DNA of 64,000 nucleotides. Origin: Tubiluchus corallicola. Lineage: Eukaryota > Animalia > Priapulida. Each line of letters begins with the position of its first letter. Positions within the stretch are counted from its first letter, which is position 1. The notes below the pieces were generated by a model. The model was not told the DNA's origin. It ran no database searches and worked only from the letters and a program-made list of their open reading frames with translations. The position numbers were made by a program, and so were the translations under genes. Shown piece after piece: positions 54,021 through 64,000 of this stretch. The stretch spans positions 372,001 through 436,000 of the forward strand of contig JAQGDQ010000054.1 of the NCBI GenBank assembly GCA_030141605.1. Direction: 5' to 3'.

Positions 54021-57000
54021 CAGGGTTGGCAATCCCGTTGAATCCCGTTTCCCGGGATCCCGGCACATTTGGCCAATCCCGGGAGTACAATTATAATCCC
54101 GGGATCCCGCGGGATTAATTAAAAAATAATACTTATTATGTAGATACAATCCGCATGTTCTCACTCCGCTGCATGTGCGTGTATTGGCATGTCGATCGCC
54201 TAGGCAACTAACTAGGCATAGGCAGTACAGTACAGCAGCTCAGCTACACGGGTAATTCAGTTCAGATATAGCATTGTCATTGTTTTAGTAGCCGGCGAGT
54301 GAGTGAGACGCATAGGAAGGAATATTGACATTTGAAATTTGTAGTATTGTGTGGACTGTGTGCGACGTTGCCTTATACTGCCTGATTCTGATTGTGCATC
54401 TTGTTCTGTGATTGGTGTCTCTGTTCTGAGTTTTATGATGGCCAGTTCTGACAATAGTTCTGCTGTAGTTGAGAATGAAAAATCGAGCGTTTCTTCAAAA
54501 GGTGGTAGTGGTACTGATACCGGACAGAAGGTACAATCGAAAATTTCGATGCCTACAGGTTGTACTAGTAAAATATGGAACTACTTCGCCGTTGATCCCA
54601 ATGACACAAAAAAAGCAAAGTGTCAACTATGTAAGTCGGTAATAAAGAGAGACGGAGGCTCTACATCCGGTATGAAGCGACACCTTAAGGCAATGCACAA
54701 GTCTATATCATTGGAAAAGGATGGGGAGGATGGAGAAGGTATATCAAAACCAAAGAAGGCAAGAATCCAACTCCAACAGCGCATAGATAAGTTTACTGCT
54801 CCAGATAATAAAGCTGAAAATTGCATGCCTGTACTGATATGTAAATTAGCGGCCGTTGACCGAATATCTCTAAATACTATCGCAAAGAGTGAATTTATAA
54901 GAGATGGTTTCGAAAGGAGAGGTTTCAATCTACCTAAAAGCCACAACACTCTGCGAAAAATAATTGTTGGTCACAGTGAAGAGTTGAAAGACGAATTGCG
55001 GGAGAAATTCAAAGAAATAAGGCGAAGTGATGACGTGAGCTTTGGGATAACGTTGGACGAATGGACATCTAACCAAAATCGGCGTTATGTCAATGTTAAT
55101 TTACATACATATAATGAATACTGGAATCTTGGCCTGGCTCGAGCGAAGGGCAGTATCACTGCTGTTAAAACTGTCGAAATAGTAAAGATGAAGCTCAAAC
55201 GTTATGGTATTGAATTGGATGATGATGCATGCCATGTTATATGTGCGACTACGGACGGCGCATCTGTCATGCTCAGTTTCGGACGTAAGATCGCCAGTGA
55301 ACATATGGCGTGCTACGCCCATGGTATACATTTAGCGGTACAGGATGTTATATATAGTGGTATGGAAGAGGAAGATGAAGATGAAGAGGATGATGATGAT
55401 GATGATTTAGAAGATGGAGAAGAAGTTATCGATGATGAGGATGACGATGATGATGATAATGAAGTTAATGAGGATGAAGAAGCCTTGCCAGTGCGCCCAA
55501 TGAACCCTATTATCAAAGATACAGTGAAAAAAGTGCGTAAAATAGTGGTGAAAATTCGCAGAAGTCCGTTAAAAAATGACAAACTCCAAGATTATAATAT
55601 GGATGCTCATGGAAAAACTCTATCTCTGATACGAGACAATAAGACCCGGTGGAACTCATGTGTTGACATGGTGGAACGGTTCTTGAAAGTAAAGCCACAA
55701 GTTGAGAAAACTATGGTTGATTTCCCAAAGATGAAACAAAATTTCATCACTGATGAGGTTAATATGTTGGAAGATTTAGTAGCAGCACTGACCCCGGTGC
55801 GAATCGCTGTAAAAAAGCTACAGGACAGGAGTATGACTTTATTGGCCGCTGATACCGTCTTCTGCTTCATGTTGAAAACTCTAGGAGAAAAAGATACAGT
55901 TCTCTGCAAGAACATGAAAATGGCTATAGAGAAAAGGTTCTTCGAGAGACGTCCTGCCAAGCTACTAGATATGTACAAGTACTTGCATAACCCGGATTCT
56001 CCAAAATCTGCTCCGATATTCCCTCAAATGAAAATGGCAAACAAGAAGGATATTAAACAGTCTATCATTGCACTTTACGACAAACTTCACCCTGCGCCTG
56101 TCATTGAGGAAGCTCGGATCATTCCAGATCCAGATGATAATGATGAAGCAGTTGTAGTCAACAATCCACCACCACCCGTTTCAATGGCCGAAGCTTTAAA
56201 TAAGGAAATAGAATCAATGATGTCTTCAGGAGCGGTTGCAGCAGTAGAGAAAAAAGGGGACTTCAACTTAGATTTCAAGGTTTGGGAGACAACATCTGTC
56301 AGGCCAAAACGACTGGAAATAATATACCGCAATCTAGCAGCTATACAGTGCACTAGCTGCGAAGCGGAACGTGCGTTTTCCGCGTGCGCTTTATTCAACA
56401 CGAAACTTCGTGCACGCATGGGAGATGGGCTTCTGGACGCACTCACTTTTCTGAAAGCATATTATACTTAAATATGTTGGCTTTATGCAATACTTTCTTG
56501 GAGTTGGAGTACGGAGTACGGACAAGGGGTACTGTACTGCTACTGACTGACTGGATTTGAAATTTGAGCTTACATCTAAAAGATAACTTTTGGTTGTTTG
56601 AGTAGTTTGTCTTGTCAAAGTTTGTCTCTCCTTTTTCTGTGCTCTTCTTGCTGACTGATGGATGATTATTATTATGCTAATCTCAATTTAAAATCACAAT
56701 GGCATGTCTGTATTTTCTCATGCCATCGTGCTATAGTATCGCATCGCATCGCAATCGCACATCATATCGATATCAATGTAATTAATTATGTTCTATTCTA
56801 GTTTAGAAAGAATATTACATGCGTTTGTATTAGTAATTAATTATGTATATACTCGGGTCCACGCCAGAATTATATTGTAAGTGATTAGCTTCTAAACACT
56901 AAACTCGTTATGTCAGTACATACTCTACATATTTAGAACTCAGTCAACTACTATAAACATGGCGTGGCCCCGAGTATAGTGTTTTTGTTTATTTTTTGTT

Positions 57001-57156
57001 GGTATTTATGGTCTGTCAAAGTTCATCATTAGCTCAAACATCACTGTTTTCCCTCAATCCCGTCCAGTCCCGTTTCCCGTCCCGTTTCCCGGGATTGCGC
57101 CAATCCCGTTCCCGTTTCCCGGTCAAGCGATCCCGGGTCGGGAAATGCCAACCCTA
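54021..57156 (+). mobile_element. Full-length, putatively autonomous hAT DNA transposon (3136 bp)
   Basis: Imperfect TIRs CAGGGTTGGCAATCCCG / (rc) TAGGGTTGGCATTTCCCG; perfect 8-bp TSD AATTCAGT at 54013-54020 and 57157-57164; subterminal arrays of TCCCG/CGGGA repeats at both ends; one uninterrupted transposase ORF. Confidence 0.96.
54435..56471 (+). CDS. hAT transposase, 678 aa from the first ATG (BED zinc finger, DDE RNase H-like core, C-terminal hATC motif)
   Basis: BED finger IWNYF..AKCQLC..STSGMKRHLKAMH; catalytic motifs ITLDEWTS, TTDGAS and SCEAERAFS; CxxH (CYAHGIHL); TRWNS. No stops or frameshifts. The ORF track starts upstream at a GTG (54351). Confidence 0.95.
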   Translation: MMASSDNSSAVVENEKSSVSSKGGSGTDTGQKVQSKISMPTGCTSKIWNYFAVDPNDTKKAKCQLCKSVIKRDGGSTSGMKRHLKAMHKSISLEKDGEDGEGISKPKKARIQLQQRIDKFTAPDNKAENCMPVLICKLAAVDRISLNTIAKSEFIRDGFERRGFNLPKSHNTLRKIIVGHSEELKDELREKFKEIRRSDDVSFGITLDEWTSNQNRRYVNVNLHTYNEYWNLGLARAKGSITAVKTVEIVKMKLKRYGIELDDDACHVICATTDGASVMLSFGRKIASEHMACYAHGIHLAVQDVIYSGMEEEDEDEEDDDDDDLEDGEEVIDDEDDDDDDNEVNEDEEALPVRPMNPIIKDTVKKVRKIVVKIRRSPLKNDKLQDYNMDAHGKTLSLIRDNKTRWNSCVDMVERFLKVKPQVEKTMVDFPKMKQNFITDEVNMLEDLVAALTPVRIAVKKLQDRSMTLLAADTVFCFMLKTLGEKDTVLCKNMKMAIEKRFFERRPAKLLDMYKYLHNPDSPKSAPIFPQMKMANKKDIKQSIIALYDKLHPAPVIEEARIIPDPDDNDEAVVVNNPPPPVSMAEALNKEIESMMSSGAVAAVEKKGDFNLDFKVWETTSVRPKRLEIIYRNLAAIQCTSCEAERAFSACALFNTKLRARMGDGLLDALTFLKAYYT

Positions 57157-58169
57157 AATTCAGTAAATACAATAAAAATGGACGGAATTGTAATATCACA
57201 CTTTTACGAGACTAAACTGAGTATACAAAATTATGTATTTCAATTTAGAACACCGATAAGAAAATCGGAGGGAAAAGAATGCGTTCAACTGTGGACCTAG
57301 TGAATTGCCTATTTACACTCAAGCTTGGTTTAGCAGATGTGATTCGTTAAATTGCTATTTCCGCAAATTTTGCTTGTGAGACATAGCAGTGCATGAGATG
57401 CACAACTCAAGAATACGAAAATTTTTGGCATTCAATTAAATATGCTAGTTAGCTTTTACTCTGCTGTAATTGAAATTTTTAAGTTTGCCACCTGCTTGCC
57501 ATGGTTTGCATTAGCTTGTCTTTTCTCTTTAACTTGTTAAACCACCAAAGGTCATTGACTGCTCCAGCAAAATTTGCCACCAATCTGAAACTATTGAAAT
57601 TTGGCTGTTCACCAAACCTGAGACACCATAATTATGTCTTAGGCTCTGTTAGTACCACTTTATTAAAGTGACAAATTCAATGCTTGACAGTCCCTATGTC
57701 TTTACAGCCTGTATTATCCAAGTCAAAATCCAACAACATGCTGTTAAAAATCAAGAAGTAACTAAAAACCTTTGAGAAATTTGCCTTTCTACCTTGAAAG
57801 ACCTGTCTACTTGGACAAAAGTTGGAGAAGCTCGATCAGTTTAGTTGGAGAAGGTCACACTACAAAACTGTTACTCATCATTATCACATTGCCAGCTGTA
57901 AGCAAACATTACTATTAAGATTACTTTATGTAACAGGCAATTCACAGCTGTCACATTAATAACAGCAGCATTGTGAATTCAGTAGCAAATAAAGTAGTAA
58001 TACAAGAGAGCATGCAACAACCAAAAAAAAACAAAATTATATCTTGCAGTCTACGTATTTACAGGTGGGCGGCACGAGACGAACAAACTTGTGACTAATT
58101 TTGCCAACTTAATTTGGAAAATACATTTAAATGACTAGAACTAAATAGAGATAAACAGATGTGGAATCT

Positions 58170-61100
58170 TTAGAAATCACTATCACCAAGTTCTTCTGCT
58201 TGCGCTTGCTTCGAGGAACCAGCACCAGCAAACTCGTCTCCTATTTCTACTTCTTCATCGCTGTCTTCATCTATATCCAAGTCAGAACCAGATTCCAGGG
58301 ACTGAAAATAAAATATTCCACTTATAATATGATTGTGCACTGATTGGTCATAACTATAATATATTTAGTAGCTTAACAGGGATTTATGGAACTGATATAA
58401 ACAAATCTTACTTGTTCTCATTATTATTTTTTAAAATGTGTTTTGAAAGAACCATTCCTAAATGAAAAGTGTAACAAAAAAGGCATGTAAATAAAATAAA
58501 TGAACTAGTGAGATTCTGCCTGAATGACGCGATAATAATGAATCGAGTAAATGGCTAGATTCTGGTCCTGCCACAGTCATCTATATTAAGTAAGCCTGCT
58601 GTAAAAGTGCTGAGTTGTGGCTTTTGAGGTGCACTAAAAACATACACGCATCGTCTGACTATGCATTACAGAAACTGACTCGCAATTTGTCACAGTATTT
58701 ATGTGAAGACTTACTATGAAACTGAACATAAACACGTTGTAAAATGTTTTTCTGTAAGTTTTGTGCTGAGACAGACTACATTTGTTTTTCTGGAGGAAAA
58801 CATAGTATTTCCTAAACTTGCAATTGACCTCGAAATTACTTAGTAGGATATAATTCCCGAAAAAACTGACTGCCAAATGTAAAAATAGCCCAAACGGCCA
58901 GAAAATGCCCCTAATGTTGGTCTTACGGTTTTTAAGCTTTTTCAGTCAGACACAAATTGATCTCAAACTAATCTATTGCCATTCAAATAATTTCAGCTAT
59001 ACATTTACATACATAAATAACTAGTTTTGCGAATCATTATCAAATAACGACCTCGCACTGTTTCTGGCAACATCAGCATTACTTTTGTCATGGTCTTGCC
59101 ATTACATTCACATGTCAGATTCTTAGAAAAAAGTAGTATAAAAAGTTCATTTCTCTATTCAAACTAACCTCGTCATCTTCATCGTCTCCACCTTGCATGC
59201 TACCAAACATCTGAACATTTTCACCTGCAACAATCCATCGCTTGAAATTCGCCCCGCTTTTAACAAATACTATTACAGCTGAGTGCATTCCATGACAGGG
59301 AATTCAGTCGAATGCCAAATAAACATTTTTTAAAGATTTCAAATGAAACTCCATGCCTTCAATGCCAACAAGAAATTATCTTACAACAGTTACAAAAATT
59401 GGACTTAACAGTTGTGCAGCAGAAAATTGCACAGTTTGCCAAGTGGCAAGAAAACTTACAGTAGCTTGATCACTTGTATTACATATAGTAGTTTAACACT
59501 CGGATGTACTATGCTATGTTGCAACTTAATCTAGTACGCTTAAACAAACTTGTTATGAAAGATTTTTAATGAATTTTTGAACTAATGATTTTAAGAAATT
59601 ATGAAAGATAAAGATGTGACAAATAAGTACATCAAATAAACCAAGCAAAAACATCTTTCTTTTTCGCTTTACTTATTTTCTATATCACATGGATATACCT
59701 GCTCCCTTGTGGCCACCACTGCGACCTGCTGACCTACGCATGTTTCTCAATGGTCTTCTCTGTCGTTCCGTTGTTTCACCTATTGGCAAAATTTGTAAAG
59801 ACTTACAATAATTAGGACAATGAAGAAAAGCCATGAAGCAGCAACGATTTTGTTTTTGCAGTGCATTTTAGGCAAAATGTGTTAATCACAAGGTACTAAA
59901 ATCAAAATGAGAAACACAAGCTAGCCACATTTAACGGTAACAACAAAAATTAATGCAGTGAACATGAAAACCTGATATTACTACATTATCAATAAGTGGA
60001 GACTGAAGAATGTGGTAATTAAACAATGGATGCACCTGTTGGGTAGTCTATCAACCATCTCACTTTTTCTATTAATGCAAAATGCAATAATGGATTACAT
60101 ATATCTAGAACACAAAAAATGTGCAACACTCAAAATGAAAATGCTGCTGCGTGGAAGAAAACTGGTAAGACAATAAATAGTCCATGAAATTACTTATTTT
60201 AGCACTAATTTTACTTTCGCTTATTTTACACACATAATTTTTGTATGAAAATATTGTCATGTGAAATAAAGTGTACCTCATCTATGCACCACTTTCCATG
60301 TTAGGCTACTAGCAAATTACTTGATCTCATTACTCATGCAAAATTACAGACCAGAGGTACAGCTCAGCGAATGATGTGTCTGCTTTCCACCCGAGAGGTC
60401 ATGAGTTCGATACAACAGCTGGGTCACACCAAAAACTTTAAAAATGCTTCCTGCTGTCGCTCTGCTTGGTTCAAGGCATTTAGGATAAAAGTGTTGTAAT
60501 GATAATTTCTGTTATATAGTTGGAGAATTGTTAGTTGCAGTCACCAAAAAGCTCTTTGAGCTTATGTTAATTGTTAACACATAAATTTGGCTTTAAGTTG
60601 TTATTATTAATAAGCTTTTATTAATTTAGTGACCTCAGTAACTTGACACTCCATATTATAAAGGGGAGGGGCATTATAACGAGGTTTGACTGAACAATGT
60701 CACTTTGCTGATCATACATCTCATTAAGCATGCATCCCATTTATACTTTTTATGGCTCATGTTTACCTTATGCTAAGGCGGACTTCAGTACACTTCACAA
60801 TACACTGGGATAGCGAAACAGGGATGTTTTACCATCTGCCGTAGGCATTTAAGGGATCATCAAGAAATTTTTTCAGTTACGTATGTACAAACAAGTGAAC
60901 ATAATATAATTTTGTATGGCAAGTTTTTTGAGAAACTTTAAAATTTCGTTTTCTTCCCATTTGAGGTTTATAAATGACAGCTGGCCTCTTTTTGTATGTG
61001 CAAAAAAATAATTCAGCCAAAATTATTTCAAGAAGGTAATTTATTAACAGTGTGAATGCCACTCACCAAGTATATCGTCTTCGAGTTCACCAGTATTAGC

Positions 61101-62232
61101 CAAGTCTATCTCAGTAGCTCCTTCACCAGCAGCCAAAACAAGCTTGTTTTCTTCATCGTGCATTCTACGAGCCATTTCCTTGAGTTTAGATTCGGCTTCC
61201 TTCAAATAATGTGTAATGTGTAATATCACAATTTGTTGTTTTCTGATGTGTTTTGATTAGTCTTTTTTTAGCAAACAGTCCTTTGTAAGTAAACGATTTT
61301 GAGTATTTTTAAATGAAATGAAATTTACTTGTCAATGTCATTGTCGCCTGCAAGACATACAGTCATCAGGCTAATTAAAACAAAAATAAGACTGCCCAGC
61401 TAAAAAGTTAAAAGTAGGTCGCGATTGCCATTGAGATGCCTGACCAAAAATGTGATAGAGTACAACCTATAAGAATGATAGTTGTATTTTTTTCAGGCAG
61501 CATTGATGTTAAAATTTCCTAACTAATAGTGGCCTATCCTGCAACTTATCACAGAATTTAATCATTCAGAAATATCAGCTAAATGGGAATTTTTAAAAAC
61601 CATAGCCAAGCAGTTTAACAGTCAAGTTAGGAGGATTTTACAAAATGCTCTCTCGTTAAAAATAATATTTAATTTTACAAAAAACCTGTACACAAACTAA
61701 GACGTGAATGTAAAAAAACTCTGTTCATAAATACTACAAAATTTGTGTGACTTTATTTATAAATAAATTGATTTGAATGAGTGTACCTGAAATCGCTCTT
61801 GATCCAATCGTTCATACTCCTCCAACTGACCCTCTAGATACATCAAATTGCGATATTTATCAACATACAATTTATAAACCTCCTCCAATTCACTTTCCAG
61901 TCGCTCATATTCATCCATAAAGGCAGGCCTTTTACACAAAACAAAATGTAATTGGTAAGTCACTAATTTGCAGTTGTTGATTACCACTTTTCACTATCTT
62001 ATGTCAGTAAAAAAAATAATATATGTTGTTCTGACAACAGCTGTTTTTGTTACTAAAACAGCAAAGCAGATTAGTGGCACTATAAATATATTGCTTACCG
62101 AACAGTTTGAAGTGTAGCAAGCCGTTTTTGATTTCGCTCTAGTTCAGATTTCTTTTTGTCGATTTTGGTATCAAGGTTTGCTTCGTTAGTAGCAATGTTA
62201 TTCAAGAGATCCATGGTCTTTTCTAGGTCAAC
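58170..62232 (-). CDS. CLUAP1: Clusterin-associated protein 1 / IFT38 (intraflagellar transport complex B); last six exons, 5' part outside the window
   Basis: Exons 62099-62232, 61787-61928, 61067-61199, 59699-59779, 59169-59224, 58170-58301 with compatible phases. Protein [75 protein letters not shown] matches the CLUAP1 coiled coil; acidic tail ends GDSDF-stop. Confidence 0.93.
60351..60490 (+). mobile_element. tRNA-derived SINE fragment
   Basis: A-box-like AGCTCAGCG and B-box GAGTTCGATAC, followed by GGTCACACCAAAAACTTTAAAAATG..CTGCTG..CTCTGCTTGG, which resembles a conserved central SINE domain. A more decayed relative may lie at ~39350-39470. Confidence 0.6.
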
Positions 62233-62585
62233 CTAAAATGCAAACAAAATTAGCATTTATTAATAACACAGAAATGAAGTGTACTAGCCAAACAATAATA
62301 GCAACTGAGTAGTGTTAAAAGCAAGGATTACAAAACACATAAATGATACATACTTTAATTTATAAAATCTTCCAAATATTTTGTGTTGTGTGGCATTGTG
62401 TGGTGGTGTAGATTAGTGTAGGTGTGATGCTGGTCAAGTGGTGTGACATTGGCAATGTAGTGTTGTACTGGTCATGTGGCGCAGGTGATGTGGTCAGGGT
62501 CAACATTGTGGGTTTGTGCTGGATCCGGATTACAAATTAGTGTAAACAAAGTTCATTTTCAGGGTCACTGAGTAATTTTGAAGTA

Positions 62586-64000
62586 CAGTAGTCGCCGCTT
62601 AATAGACTCAAAAACGCCTGGAACTGGCCACTTCTATTCAAATATACATAAAAAATATCGCCAATTGACTCAAATAACTTTGCTTAATTGATTCAATATT
62701 TTTCCTTCGCCTACTTAAAATAAGACACTTGTACGTGCCCAAACAGCCTTTCCTACTTTTATGTCATCATTACTTCCCTTTTGTGCATTATATATGTAGA
62801 AACAATCATGTTAAGTACCATTTTGTTTGTAAACAGGTACGTTTATCATGCGCTAATCTGCTAGTGTAGGGGTTTTGCTTTGAATCTGTTACCCGCTCAC
62901 CCACTGTTACCCAAAGAATTTCTGGAAGCTAAAAATTTAATCACTTGCCTAGCAGTTTCCTTCTGATGCTCTAGTTGCAAATCACGCTTTCAGGCTTAAT
63001 GAGTTAATAGTCAAAGATACAGGTACAGTAATCAGCCAGTATTCCTTGTGACTTACAAGAGTAAACATCATAACATCATACAGCAAATAAGGGCATAGAG
63101 TTAAGAAGTTTGAAAAATTGATAAGCGTAAAGATTTAACAGTTAAGGAAAGCCTGCAAACACCACATCACTTATTCAACCCTGTGATCAAGGCATTATTT
63201 GAACACTGAAGGCATACTATAGAAGAGAAATGCGAGCGAGAGTGTTAGAAGCAATGGATTCAGACGATGTCACTGATCAATTAAGCACAAACGACTTAGC
63301 CAAAAAACTAGCTTCCTGAACGCTTTACATTTACTGGCTATGTAATGGAGTAATATTAAGTGAGCGAACTGTTTTAGTAATGCCCAATTCATTTGTGATT
63401 CAATTCCCACTACGTTGCAAGAGATTAGCCGGTTAACATCTGTTCCACCTGGTATGAGCAGCAGCGAGTTTGAGACTTGGTGGAAATTGATTTGGCCATT
63501 CAGGCCACGTCGCAAATAACCGATGACGAAATCATCACCATTGCAAAGACGAGACAAGAAGAACCTAAAGAGGCCACTTGCGAGGAAACAAGGGCACCAC
63601 CAACTGCAGCTCAAGCATGCCAAGTGCTAAATGTTTTACGAGAATACGTGCATCACACAGCAACAGATTTTCAATATTTTTATAACTTTGTGAGGGAACT
63701 TCTTCGCAAGAAAATGAAGCAGCTAACTTTGAAGGAATTTTCGTAATTTTTGCAAATAAACAGACTTGTGTGATTTAGAAAAGTACAATTTTTAATTTAT
63801 TGTCAATTCGCTTATATACATTAATATTTTAAAATATTTTTTTCTAATTTTTAACTGCAATAAGGAATTTAGACATTACTTCGTTTCTAAAATTGATTAA
63901 AAGTCTTTGCAGTGCATAGTAAGCTGATGACTCATACTTCTATAGCAGTAATATAACACCCATCGTTAATAGGATTTAATCGGTTAATTAGGTCAAAACA
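62586..64000 (+). mobile_element. pogo/Tigger-family transposon remnant in a CLUAP1 intron (right end beyond the window)
   Basis: Starts TA|CAGTAGTCGCCGCTTAAT; TTSLIQPCDQGII*TLKAYYRR at ~63161-63226 (pogo third-Asp motif with an in-frame stop); C-terminal KKMKQLTLKEF. Confidence 0.85.

Noticed and set aside
54623-56618. Several minus-strand ORFs of 61-123 aa
   Set aside because: Antisense shadows of the hAT transposase ORF.

Overview
AT-rich, intron-dense animal (invertebrate) genomic DNA; no prokaryotic features. Four host genes can be reconstructed by hand from splice sites: (1) the first coding exon of a receptor (membrane) guanylyl cyclase on the minus strand (11382-11792), followed by an intron of more than 11 kb that apparently runs off the window start; (2) a complete 26-exon sorting nexin 14 gene (minus, 19284-47360, about 955 aa, TM-PXA-RGS-PX-PXC), with a 33-nt symmetric exon and a GC-AG intron; (3) a complete RPS15A gene (plus, 49507-51885, 130 aa), head-to-head with SNX14; (4) the last six exons of CLUAP1/IFT38 (minus, 58170-62232). 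Introns and intergenic DNA are full of transposons: an apparently intact autonomous hAT element with TIRs and a perfect 8-bp TSD (54021-57156), a decayed intron-containing hAT inside SNX14, several hAT-like and Tc1-like MITEs, two pogo/Tigger remnants, a Harbinger remnant, CR1-type LINE fragments and tRNA-derived SINEs. I found no clear new biological system. The best leads are the intact hAT, the possibly deeply conserved SNX14 microexon, and a MITE that seems to carry a copy of neighbouring intron DNA. All calls come from reading the sequence and from remembered family motifs; no database search was run.
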